64,000 nt of DNA from Octopus vulgaris (lineage: Eukaryota): positions 47,306,001-47,370,000 of the forward strand of contig OX597831.1 of NCBI GenBank assembly GCA_951406725.2. The letters are read 5' to 3'. Made by a program: the position numbers and the translations under genes. The notes under the pieces were generated by a model that was given only the letters and a program-made list of their open reading frames with translations, was not told the DNA's origin and searched no databases. This document shows positions 26,796-38,588 of the stretch, one piece after another (the first letter of the stretch is position 1; the number at the start of each line of letters is the position of its first letter).

Positions 26796-27589
26796 CATAC
26801 ATATTTAAATTAGTTACAGAAATGTCAGTGCATTAAGTAGTAGTCTAACTAGAGGAAGAACAAGAGGACAGTCCATCATAGGCAATGCCTTTATTGGGTG
26901 GCACTTGTGGGTCAGCTGTATTGCTGGGAACATGAAGGCCTTGGACAACACACACACAAATTACGTCAATGTGAACAGGATGCATTGCAGTATTTCTTCT
27001 GGCTGTCTATACTCTGAGTTCCAATCCTACTGAAGTCAGGTTTTACCCTTGTCATCCTTTTAGGGCCCTGTAAATAACATATTAGCCAAATGCTGGTACA
27101 GCCCTCTACACTGATCTCTCTCTCTCTCAAGCTCTCATATCCTAAACGTTGCTCCCTTGTTCAAGGTATAAGGATATCACTTTTTAAAAGTTGCAATTAT
27201 CAAATTAGGCAATAGCATGGATAAAAAATTGACTCAGAATCCAACAGAGAAAAAGCATTTTGATTGTTAAACACAAAAATTATCCAGTTATTTTAAAGGC
27301 AACCTCAATTACAATTGAGTCAAAGCTGAGGAAAAGTTTCGTGAGAAAAAAAAAGTACCTGTCACTTGATTATGTTTCAGACTCTCTCAACTTCAACAAC
27401 AAAAACAATGCTGACCAATTTTTACTCTCAAAGATGATGCAACAGGTAAAATGATGATGGAATAGTTTCAAACACATAGGGAGAAAATAGAAAAATCAGA
27501 AATAGCTCATTTTCCCCCCATTTATCAACTTTGCCTCCTGACCGTATCTATCTGCCAAACTACTAAGTTACTGGGACATAAACAGACCA

Positions 27590-27798
27590 GCGGAGGTAAA
27601 GAATATGCACTGCACACCACCCATTTTTGGCATAAACCTAACCCTAAACCCTAAACCATAACCATAACTTTAACCCTAAACACCAGGTGTATGTATTCTT
27701 TACCTAAGTAGAGGCTGGAGGTAAAGAATATGCACACCACCCGTTTTCGGCGTATCCTGAACCCTAATCACTGGGTGTGTGTATTCTTTACTTTCACC
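27590..27798. mobile_element. Small DNA element with 9-bp target duplication and telomere-like core
   Basis: AACAGACCA at 27581-27589 and 27799-27807; two AGGTAAAGAATA..TATTCTTTAC inverted units enclosing CCCTAA-like repeats. Confidence 0.65.
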
Positions 27799-28620
27799 AA
27801 CAGACCAACACCAGTTGTCAGGTGAGGTAGGGGTTGGGGTACAAACAAAAAGACACCAATAGAATAAAAGCCAAGTCATACAATTAAAGCGCTGGGGTTG
27901 ATTTGTTTCACGAAATCCTCCAAGGCGGTGCTCCCACCATGACTGCATTCCAAAGTCTGAAACAAGTAAAAGCTAAGAGCTGTCCCCATCAAAGCGTCGA
28001 CCTGCCCGGGCAACCCCCCACCTCCTTCATCAACCAGTTATGCTACTGATTTTGGTTATAGGCCAGCTCAATCAGGAATGACAATAGGTGAAATAATTCT
28101 TTCTACAACAGGAACAAGGTCTGAAATTTGGGTGAGAAAGGATTGGATGAGTACATAAACTCCATTACTTAAATGGTACTCATATTATCGTCCCTGAAAG
28201 ATGAAAGACACAGTCGACCTTGGTGGAATTTGAACACAGAACATAAAGATTGACGAAATGCTGTTAAATGCTTTGTCTCGTTTGGTAATGACTATGCCAG
28301 ATTGCTATCTTGGGTCAAAAAGGATAGGCATAAAAAAAAAAACATGTGAAAATGAATTCTAAATAAGTTACACCTTTTCAAAGAAACCTCCTTCATTTTA
28401 ATCTAATGAATTGTTAACTTCCGGTTATGCTTGCCAGTCGAAATGAAGTGAGGGTTTTCACTGTTATTTATCTCATATTAAACTTTACACCCAATTTCCT
28501 TCTCACTAATATAATTGCTTATCTTGCAATACCAAACAAAAGTGAAGTGCTGATAAAAGATTATATTTATTTATTTATTTATTTATTTTTCAGCAAAGTT
28601 ATGGAGATAATTTCAATACT

Positions 28621-29011
28621 GGGATCTTTTCGGTTTAAACGGCAGTTTTTAACCTAATTTCTAGGTAACTAAAAAAATCTTAAACTTCGTATACTGATAG
28701 AATGTGTTTATAAAACATCTTTTTCTCTTGGCTTTATTGAGAAAATTCTATGGTTTGTAAGATATTTGTTGTTTTTTTTCTTTAATTTCTTCAATTTCAA
28801 CCAATCACTGACGTCTATTGAGGTAAAATAAAAAACATTCTGTGCCGTATGAATATGACCCTTGTTTAAGAAACAGATTGGGTTTATTTACATTTGTGAA
28901 GAAAAAAGATACCCTTCCCCCCACCCCTAATCCTAACCCTAGTCATAATTATGGGTGACAATTTCATATGACACCGCTAGAAAAATCTGCCGTCCAAACC
29001 GAAAAGATCCC
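28621..29011. mobile_element. MITE with ~30-bp terminal inverted repeats
   Basis: GGGATCTTTTCGGTTTAAACGGCAG / CTGCCGTCCAAACCGAAAAGATCCC. Confidence 0.85.
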
Positions 29012-29028
29012 AGTTCTGAAGTTAATAT

Positions 29029-29301
29029 CGGTACTACTTAAGAAGAGTGGTCCCGGTGCGCGCACTCACACTCGCGCATCTGTACTAGCTAGTCGTGACT
29101 AGTCGATCCTACAACGGCGACCTAGCAAAGTAAATAAAACCCAAAATAAATAATTTTTTCACACAAAGTAAATAATTTTTTTTAAACAAAGTAAATAAAA
29201 CACAAAAACGCAAAGTGAGGATCAACTAGTCACGACTAGCTAGTGCGGATGCCCGAGTACGCGAGTGCGCGCACAGGGACCACTCTTCTCAAGTAGTACC
29301 G
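29029..29301. mobile_element. MITE with ~80-bp GC-rich terminal inverted repeats
   Basis: CGGTACTACTTAAGAAGAGTGGTCCC..TAGTCGATCCT / AGGATCAACTA..GGGACCACTCTTCTCAAGTAGTACCG around an A-rich core. Confidence 0.88.
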
Positions 29302-31015
29302 TTATTAATGATGACTAAAGTAAGTTTTTGACACTTTTTCGAATATGTTTTATGTCTGCTTTACGAAACTCAAAATTATTATTTTCAATATACATTCATT
29401 CACACACACACATACACACATACATACACACACACATACATACATACATACATACATACATGTGCGCGTGCGCGTGTGCATAACCCCCACATGTATGCTC
29501 CTCTTCCCACGAGTTTGTTGCCTCATAACTTCTGAAAAATTGATATTTTTCAATGAAATTCTCAACAAAATTTGTATTAAACAAAACAAATTTCCGAAAT
29601 TGTGGTGATGAGCTTAGGAATATTCAGACTTTACATCTTATTTTCTTAAGCTTAAAATGCTATGAGATTCTACAAAACTTTTAGAAACTATACATGGCAA
29701 TATTAGTCGGCGGGAAGGCAGCGAGCTGGCAGAATCGTTAGTACGTCGGACAAAATGCTTAACAGCATATTGTCTATCCTTACGTTTTGAGTTCAAATTC
29801 CGCCGAGGGTTGACTTTGTCTTTCATCCTTGTGAGGTCGATAAACTAAGTACCAGTTGAGAACTGGAGTTGAATTACCCACTACCCCGAAATTGGTGGCC
29901 TTTTGCCAAAATTTGAAACCAATCCTAATTGGCGGAGTTTCAGGGAAAGTTGAATTTTTTCTGTTTTGAAGGGGACTCTCTTCTACTCTTCTATTTGTTT
30001 CAGTCATTTGACTGTGGCCATGCTGGAGCACCACCTTTAGTCGAACAAATCGACCCCAGGACTTATTGTTTGTAAGCCTAGTATTTATTCTATCGGTCTC
30101 TTTTGCCGAACCGCTAAGTTACGGGACGTTTGCAATTTTTTTTTTTTTTTACCAATCATTATGCTATGAGTAATTTTACATTAGTGTAAATACTTAACCG
30201 GATAGTATTATTCATTTTTCCATAATCCTCGGCGATATGGAATGAAAAATGGTTGAGAAACCCTGACCGACATACACACACATCCACACACACACACGCA
30301 CATACACATACGCACGTACATACACACGTATGCATGCATGCACACATATCCACACACACACGTATGCATGCATGCACACACTCGCACACATATCCACATA
30401 CGCACGTACACACACACGTATGCATGCATGCACGCACTCGCACACATATTCACCTCTCCATCTGGTGCAAAATATGGCTGAACTAGAAAAAGATTTTTTT
30501 GAAAATTTATGATTGCTTTCAACCTCAATCCTCCATCCTATTGTATCGGTTTATAATTTTAAAATATTGGAGCGCTTGAGAAGGTCATTCACACTGATTT
30601 ACAAAAAAGGTATGTAAAAGATAATTTATTTTAATAGCGTACTTTTCAGTTAGTAAAAGTTTTTTCTCACACAAGGCCTCGTTTAGTTCAAAGGAGGAGG
30701 GAATTAAAAGTTTAAATTACCAATTTTGTGTGTGTGTGTGTGTGCTTATATCCAACTAATGGACCATACGTGTGTCACTTCTACATCATCATTCCATAAA
30801 ATATGTTTACCGGGAGAAAAATGTTGAGAAACATCAATTCATAAGAGAGTGTGACAGAGAAACAAGGAAGGTGGTCGTGGGTTGTGCTAGAAACAACAAC
30901 CACATCTTCCTGAAATCACACACCTTTTCGTCCGAAAATATTTGCAATTTTTCTTTTTTTTTACCGAAAAAAATTCTATCGTTTTTAAGAACAGATTGCC
31001 AAAAAAAAAACTTGT

Positions 31016-31350
31016 GGCGATCTTTCGTCTCTAGTAGACCTTTCCGTCGATTTCCGTAAAAAATTTTTATTTTACATATGGGCTTGCGAGAACTTTTGAA
31101 GTAATGAGAGCGAAAGAGACTAAGAGAAAGCGATTGTCTGTCTCCCACACCCCATCAAACACACACACACATGTACATCAATGCTTTCCATGCACGGTAA
31201 CTTCAGAAGAACTTCCCTCGTCATACAATCGCTTTCTCTTAGTCTCTTTCGCTTTCATTACTTCAAAGGTTCCCTCAAGCCTATATGTAAAAAAAAAAGA
31301 AGTTTTTTACGGAAGTTGACGGAAAGGTCTACTAGAGACGAAAGATCGCC
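31016..31350. mobile_element. Foldback MITE with ~120-bp TIRs and 8-bp TSD (Merlin-like by termini)
   Basis: GGCGATCTTTCGTCTCTAGTAGACCTTTCCGTC / GACGGAAAGGTCTACTAGAGACGAAAGATCGCC; AAACTTGT on both sides. Confidence 0.88.
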
Positions 31351-33512
31351 AAACTTGTAGTCACTACAGCGGCATTTCGTCCGTCTGCACGATCTGAATT
31401 CAAATTCCGTCGAGGTCGACTTTGCTTTTCATCTCTTCGGGGTCGATAAATTAAGTACTAGTGAAACACTGGGGTCGATCTAATCGACAGGTCCTCTCCC
31501 TCAAAATTTCAGGCCTTGTGCTTTTACTAGAAAGGATTATTATTGTTTGGTTCTTCATAATATTTTAAATTTACTTTCCAGTCTGTCTCTATAGCTTTCT
31601 CTACTCTGCCTCTTTCTCACAATGTCAGCCTGGATCGAGCCAACTAATAATCAAAAGTATTGTAACTAATGTCCATTCTGCCGCCCCCATAGCGCAAAGA
31701 ATATTTTCCGCACTCCGTTATTCCATGTATCTTCAAAGATGGCAGGTGTGATTTAAGGGAGATTGGAATGACTGTTATTTCAAGCAGTTTGGGCTACCTT
31801 ACAGAGGCGCCTTCAATTCAGCTCAGCGTTAGTCATTTTGCATACCTAGGACTTCCTTTGTCCAATGTTTCCTTTCAATTTTTTTTCCTAACAAAATTTT
31901 GTATCGCATAGTATCTCACAAATGACTAAATTTATATTTCAAACCCATTCGATGTATGTCTTGCCAGTTTCATGGATTATTTCGTATCTCTTACCCAAGA
32001 ATTGAAATGATTATACAGTGCTGCAAGAGACGGTCTGTGTCTTGTGGAGATACATATATGCTAGGAATATCGAAAATTCACAATGCGAATTAACCACTGT
32101 TCTACCGTAACATATGCTTTATACGCACTTTTGACAAGTTGTGGTGCACCTGAGCACTGTATACAATAATTTCACTATTATTATTATAATTATTATTATG
32201 GAAGGAAGTTTTTTTCATGATACATTTGGCGCATCTTCTTTCATTATAATTATTCTGTGATTCAAGGAGTTGGAAATACGAAGAATGAAGTTCTCAGGCG
32301 GAGTAAATTCAATAACCGTTTATTCACAGGGTAAATCGTTTACTTCGAGACCAGTGCTCAACTTTTATCGACTCCGAAAGGATGAAAGGCAAAGTCGAAT
32401 TCGTGATATTTGAACTTAGAACGTAAAGACGGACGAATTGCCGCAAAGCATTTTGCCCGGAGTGTTAACGATTCTGCTGCTTCGCCGCCCTCCTTCCAGA
32501 GAAAAATATTTGTTACATGTACTCGGTAACTACATCAAAATCAGCCACCACCGCTAACACTCCGACTTCTGCACTAGTACGGGAGAGGATTTTTTTCTGT
32601 TTAAACCCAGGTTACCACTAATCAAACAAACTTATAATCAAACGTATTCCAGCCAAGATCATCTTATCTTTTTAAAAAATCAGATTTCATTGTCTACGTT
32701 TTTTTTTTTAACTTAGGACGGAAGTATCTGGTTTCAAGATTTTGCTGCTATTTTTGTAGCAATTATAGTAATTTGAAACAACCATAAAAAGGTTTCGTTC
32801 ATTGCATTGGTTCTGTAATTGAAGTGGTTAATGCGTCTACTTTAAAAGGAATACCTCTGATTGAATATACTTATTATCAAAGCTATTCCAAATACCACAA
32901 TCACTCTCGTATTTTTATTCGAGATTTTATCCTACTTCCATTTCTTTTAGGCACTGGGATGTAATTTGCTCAAGAGTTGCATGCATTTTCTGCAGGCCCC
33001 GTGAAGACGTAACAGTTGTTTCAACGTATAAGGTGGGACCTTATCAGTCAGGTCACGATGACCTTTACTATCCAAAATTCTCCCAGTCAGTAACGCCTGC
33101 TAGAGTTATCTCCCTTCCATTAGGTATATAACTTTGTCAATGATTCCGTGACAGTAAAGAGAGTTCGTAAGATTCGTTAGAACAGGGTATCAGTAATTTT
33201 CAGTTAGAATAGGAAATGTTAATACCAGGGCAATAACGCGGTAAGCTTGGTCCAAACAAGCTGCAGTTTAAAGAAGGTTATAAATAGGAGTGGCTGTGTG
33301 GTAAGTAGCTTGCTTACGAACCACATGGTCCCGGGTTCAGTCCCACTGCGTGGTACCTTGGGCGACTGTCTTCTATAGTCTCCGGCCGACCAAAGTCTTG
33401 TGAGTGGATTTGGTAGACGGAAACTGAAAGGAGCCCGTCATATATATATAATTAGAAATATTGAATTTCTAAATGTCTCAGAGAGACATAAGCGGTGGTG
33501 GAGCGATATAGT

Positions 33513-33615
33513 TAGTGGTCGTATACTGTCAACTCAATGTGACAGTCCCTTAAGAGAATTACACCACCGCCATTTAGCCATAGGAAACTGTCACATTGAG
33601 TTGACAGTATACGAC

Positions 33616-33620
<5 letters not shown>
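33513..33620. repeat. Perfect 34-bp inverted repeat with 40-nt loop
   Basis: 33513-33546 is the exact reverse complement of 33587-33620; sits in the (TA)n tract of a family A SINE. Confidence 0.93.
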
Positions 33621-33685
<65 letters not shown>

Positions 33686-34784
33686 TTGTGTGTCATTGTC
33701 TCCCCAACATCGCTTGACAACTAATGCTGGTGTGTTTATGTCCCCGTAACTTAGTGGCTCGGCAAAAGAGGCCGATAAAATAAGCACTAGTCTTCCAAAG
33801 AATAAGTCCCGGGGTCGATTTGGTCGACTAAAGGCGGTGCTCAGTCAAATGACTGAAACATGTAGAAGAGTAAAAAGTAAAGATCTACATTTATACACAC
33901 ACCCACGTATGTGTTTATACGTTTGTTAAGGTGCGTAGCTTTGTGGTTAGGGTATTCGGTTCATGATCGTAAGGTCGTGAGTTCGATTCCTGGCGGCGCA
34001 TTGTGTCCTTCAGTAAGACCCTTTATTTTATGTTGCTCCTATACATTCAGCTGGCAAAAATGAGTAGTACCTGTATTTCAAAGGGCCAGCCTTGTCACAC
34101 TCTGTGTCACGCTGAATCTCCATGAGGATTACATTAAGGGTACGTGTATCAGTGAAGTGCTGAGCAACATGCACGCTAATTTCACGACCAGGCTGTTCTA
34201 ATGATTGGTTCAGCTGAAATGCTCGTCGTCGTAACCGACGGAGTGCCAGTTTATGCATGTTTATACTCAAATACTTAAAAACACACGCATGCGCACTTGC
34301 ATGTTTACATTTACATATGTATTCTTTTACTTGTTTCAGTCATTTGACTGCGGCCATGCTGGAGCACCGCCTTTAGTCGAGCAAATCGGCTTATTCTTTG
34401 TGAGCCTAGTACTTATTCTATCAGTCTCTTTTACCAAACCGCTAAGTTACGGGGACGTAAACACACCAACATCGGTTGTCAAACGATGGTGGGAGGGTGT
34501 CAAACAGAGACACAAACATATATAGATACACACACATACATATATACGACAAGCTTCTTCCAGTTTCCATCTACCAAATCCATTCACAAGGCTTTGGTTG
34601 GCCCGAGGCTATAGTAGACGACACTTACCCAAGGTGCCATGCAATGGGACTACTACCAACTCTCACCTGTTTGCAAGTAAGGTAATATTTTCCACTCCTG
34701 CACCTATATCTATTATCTATTATTTCTATGTATGTAGCATAAATATACATCTGTATGGATATAGTTATATATATATATATATAT

Positions 34785-35076
34785 CGTGTGATCACGTGAC
34801 CGACCAGGCTATCAGATGTTACTACACATCGCTGGTCACAATGCGTTTGCATTGTTTTAGCCTTCGAATGACACCACCCTGCTGGCTAAGCGAGCAGGCC
34901 AACAGAAAAAAGAGTGAGAGCAAGAGTGGTGAAAGAGTACTGCAGGGATCACCACCCCCTGGAGCTTTTAAGTGTTTTCACTCAATAAACACACGCAACG
35001 CCCAGTCTGGGAATTGAAACCGCGATCCTACGACCGCGAGTCCACTGTCCTAACCACTGGGCCATTGCGCCTCCAC
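34785..35076 (-). mobile_element. tRNA-derived SINE family F
   Basis: Minus head GTGGAGGCGCAATGGCCCAGTGGTTAGG..GGTTTCAATTCCC; same head at 47807 on the + strand. Confidence 0.8.
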
Positions 35077-36469
35077 ACACACATATATATATATGCCTGA
35101 TGAAGCCTTCTAGCTTCACAGACCCCAGTTGAACCGTCCAACCCATGCTAGCATGGAAAACGGACACTAAATGATGATGATGATGATGATGATGATGATA
35201 CATACATACACAAACTCTCTCTTTCTCTCCCTCTCTCTCTCTCTCATACACACGTGTGCGCGTGCGCACTTATGTACGCGTGTATGATTAAATACATAAT
35301 CATACTTGCTGTTAGGAAGAGCAATAGGCTATTGAAACCAAGCTAAATGACACATACAAGTATCAGTTTATGGAAGCAGCAGTTCTCAGTAGGAGATGAC
35401 TCAGACTGTGATGACCTGCCCAACCCATGCCAGCTGGAAGGTGGATATACGATTGATGATGATGATGATGATGATGACATATATGTTTATTATATAGAGA
35501 TGCAGGCATGGCTTTGTGGTAAGAAGTTTGCTTCCCAACTACGTGGTTCTTGGTTCAGTCCCACTGCATGGCACCTCGGGCAAGTGTCTTCTACTACATC
35601 CTTGGGCCAACCAAAGCCTTGTGAGTGGATTTGGTAGATGGAAACTGAAAAGAGCCTATATGTGTGTGTATGTGTGTCTTTGTGGCTGTGTTTGTCCCTC
35701 CCCCCTCCCCACCACCACAGGATAACCAGTGCTGGTGTGTTTACGTCCCTGTAACTTAGCAATTTGACAAACGAGACCGACAGAATAAATACCAGATTTC
35801 AAAAAATAAGTACTGGGATTGATACATATGACTAAACTTCTTCAAGGTAGTGCCCCAGAATGGCCACAATTCAATGACTGAAACAAATGATTATATATAT
35901 ATATTGTTCAAAATGTACAGTATTATATATCCATCACAGCCGGTCTTACCAATTGGTTTTGCACTAGGGATACAATGGAGGACGTGGAACAAATATAGTA
36001 TTATTGGATGCTCAGGAAAGAAGGGAAGAAGGAGAGTTTAACGTGGCATCTTCCATTTTCTGTCTCTCATTATACACACACACACACACAGAATGGAAGA
36101 CAGAGGAAAAAATATATATATATACATATATACGACGGGCTTCTTTCAGTTTCCATCTGCCAAATCCACTCAAGGCTTTGGTCGGCCAGAGGCTATAATA
36201 GAAGACACTTGCCCAAGGTGCCACACAGTGGGACTGAACTCGGAACCATGTGGTTGGTAAGCAAGCTACTTACCACACAGCCACTCTTACCAAGAAAAAA
36301 ACTTTCTATAAACAAGATGCACTCTTGTTTATATCACTAACAAGGAGATAAGTTGCTGTTATTTCGAGCAGACAAATGCCATCATTGACAAGACGAAGGA
36401 AGGTTGAAATCACATTATCCAATGGCCTGGTGCTGCAGGTGAAGAGGATTTATCTCCCCTCCAGCAATA

Positions 36470-37107
36470 TATGAGTTCTGATCAATAAGTATCCGGACTG
36501 TTGCTATAGTGACGAAGCTAAGGCACACAGAGTAAAGCTGCTTGACACAGATTGACCTTGACCTGTAGCTCACTTCCCCTGTTTACAGAAGTGCTTGTGA
36601 TAGTCACATTGGCCATGACTGAGAAAGTTATCATGGCAATACCTGCTCAGAGGCCTATGCAAGGTTGCAAGAAGTGTATGGAGTGGAGTGTATGAGTCAC
36701 ACTCAAGTGTACGAGTGTTCCAGACGTTTTCAAGATGGCTGGAAAAATGTTGATTTTGACAAACATTCTGGGAAACCTGCAACTAGAGGAACTGAGAAAA
36801 ACGTTGCAGATGTGAGTGCAGCTGTGAGGGGAAATCATTGAATCGCCATCTGTGATTTATCAGAGGATGTGCAGATTAGTTACGGTTCAGTTCAGTCCAT
36901 TATGTGGGTGTCACGTCTCTGCCAAGCTTGTGCCAAAACTGCTTTCAAATGACCAAAAGGACACTCGGATTCCAGCTGCACAAGATCTTGATAGTGTCGA
37001 GAACAATGAAAACGTTTTGAAAAAATTGCGTAGGCCCCTGAGCAGGTATCCTCAAGATTTTGTCAAAATTTGATGCAGATTCTGTGCTCAGCTTTCTCCA
37101 TCATGGT
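36470..37107 (+). mobile_element. Deleted mariner (Tc1/mariner) transposon
   Basis: Frame reads LQEVYGVECMSHTQVYECSRRFQDG..HSGKP (mariner HTH) and SAKLVPKLLS (WVPHEL-like linker); 3' part is an inverted copy of the 5' coding start. Confidence 0.82.
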
Positions 37108-38447
37108 ACTTTCATATATAATAGTGTGTGGCAAATTAATTTGTTTTGCACATTCTTACAGAAACTCAAGGCTGAGGCTAACTACATAGATATTTTTTAT
37201 TTTCATTCTCTTTGAAATTGGTCTAATTCTTGGTTTGGGCTTTAACTGCCCTTTCTAGCAAGTAAGGTGTCTTGTCAAAGGGCACCTCTTTCGTGTATAA
37301 ATATGTAAATATGTTTATACACTATTGTATATGAAAATATGTTGTCTAAGTGCAAGAGTGGCTGTGTGGTAAGTAGCTTGCCTACCAACCACATGGTTCT
37401 GGGTTCAGTCCTATTGCATGGCACCTTAGGCAAGTGTCTTCTACTATAGCCTGAGGCCAACCAAAGCCTTGTGAGTGGATTTGGTAGACGGAAACTGAAA
37501 GAAGCCAGTCATATATATGTATATGTATCTGTGTGTATGTGTTTCTGTATCTGTGTTTGTCCCCTCCAACATCGCTTGACAACTGATGCTGGTGTGTTTA
37601 CGTCCCCGTAACTTAGCGGTTTGGCAAAAGAGACTGATAGAATAAGTACTGGGCTTCCAAGGAATAAGTCCTGGGGTTGATGTGGTCGACTAAAGGTGGT
37701 GCTCCAGCATGGCTGCAGTCAAATGACTGAAACAAATAAAAGAGTAAAGAATAAGATTATTGACTTTATTACCCTTATTATTTTCACAGTAAACTTTTTG
37801 TAGTTTCAAAGCCTTTCTGGTATGCAGTTTTAAATTTTTTTAATTATTATTTGCTGCCAAATGTATCTGCACTTGTGTTGTGGATGTAGCATGTGTGTTT
37901 TTGGTACTATTTGCTTCATAAATATGCATTAACCCTTTTGTTACCAGCCCGGCTGAAACCACCTCTGGCTCTGTTTCTAGGATATTTATTATATCCCTAC
38001 CAGAGCAGCCAACTGGCTTCCATGCCAGTGGCATGTAAAAGGGCACCATTCGAGCGTGATCATTACCAAAGTCGCCTTACTGACACCTGTGCTGGTGGCA
38101 TGTGTAAAAGGATTCAAGCGAGGTTGTTGCCAGTACCGCCTGACTGGCCCCCGTGCCGGTGGCACGTAAAAAGCACTCACTACACTCTCGGAGTGGTTGG
38201 TGTTAGGAAGGGCATCCAGCTGTAGAAACTCTGCCAAATCAAGATTGGAGACTGGTGCAACCATCTGGTTCGCCAGCCCTCAGTCAAAATCGTCCAACCC
38301 ATGCTAGCATGGAAAGCAGACGTTAAACGATGATGATGATGATCAGAGACGGTGTGAGAAGATGATTAAGCAATAGTTAATTTAGATAAGATATGAAATA
38401 GAGAGTGACACTTTTGGGTCTCACTGACACCATTACCTCTCATAACC

Positions 38448-38484
<37 letters not shown>

Positions 38485-38553
38485 CCACGTGTGTATCATT
38501 GACGATTTTTATCCTGTGTCTTCCCTTCCTTGGACTTTTTCTTTTTTTTCTAT

Positions 38554-38588
38554 ATTTCTGACGAAGAGCTCCGCTCGAAACGTTAAAT
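38554..38588 (+). ncRNA. Minimal hammerhead ribozyme core within a ~210-bp element (38482-38690)
   Basis: ATTT-CTGACGA-A-GAGC-tcc-GCTC-GAAAC-GTT-AAAT: both conserved boxes, stem II, stem I ATTT/AAAT and loopless palindromic stem III (ACGT). Confidence 0.75.

Noticed and set aside
27380-27445. Possible + strand exon (ttcag..CAG|gtaaaa)
   Set aside because: Isolated, weak pyrimidine tract, no recognisable peptide or partner exons.
33015-33285. Possible solo LTR with TATA-like motif
   Set aside because: No matching CA end or target duplication found.
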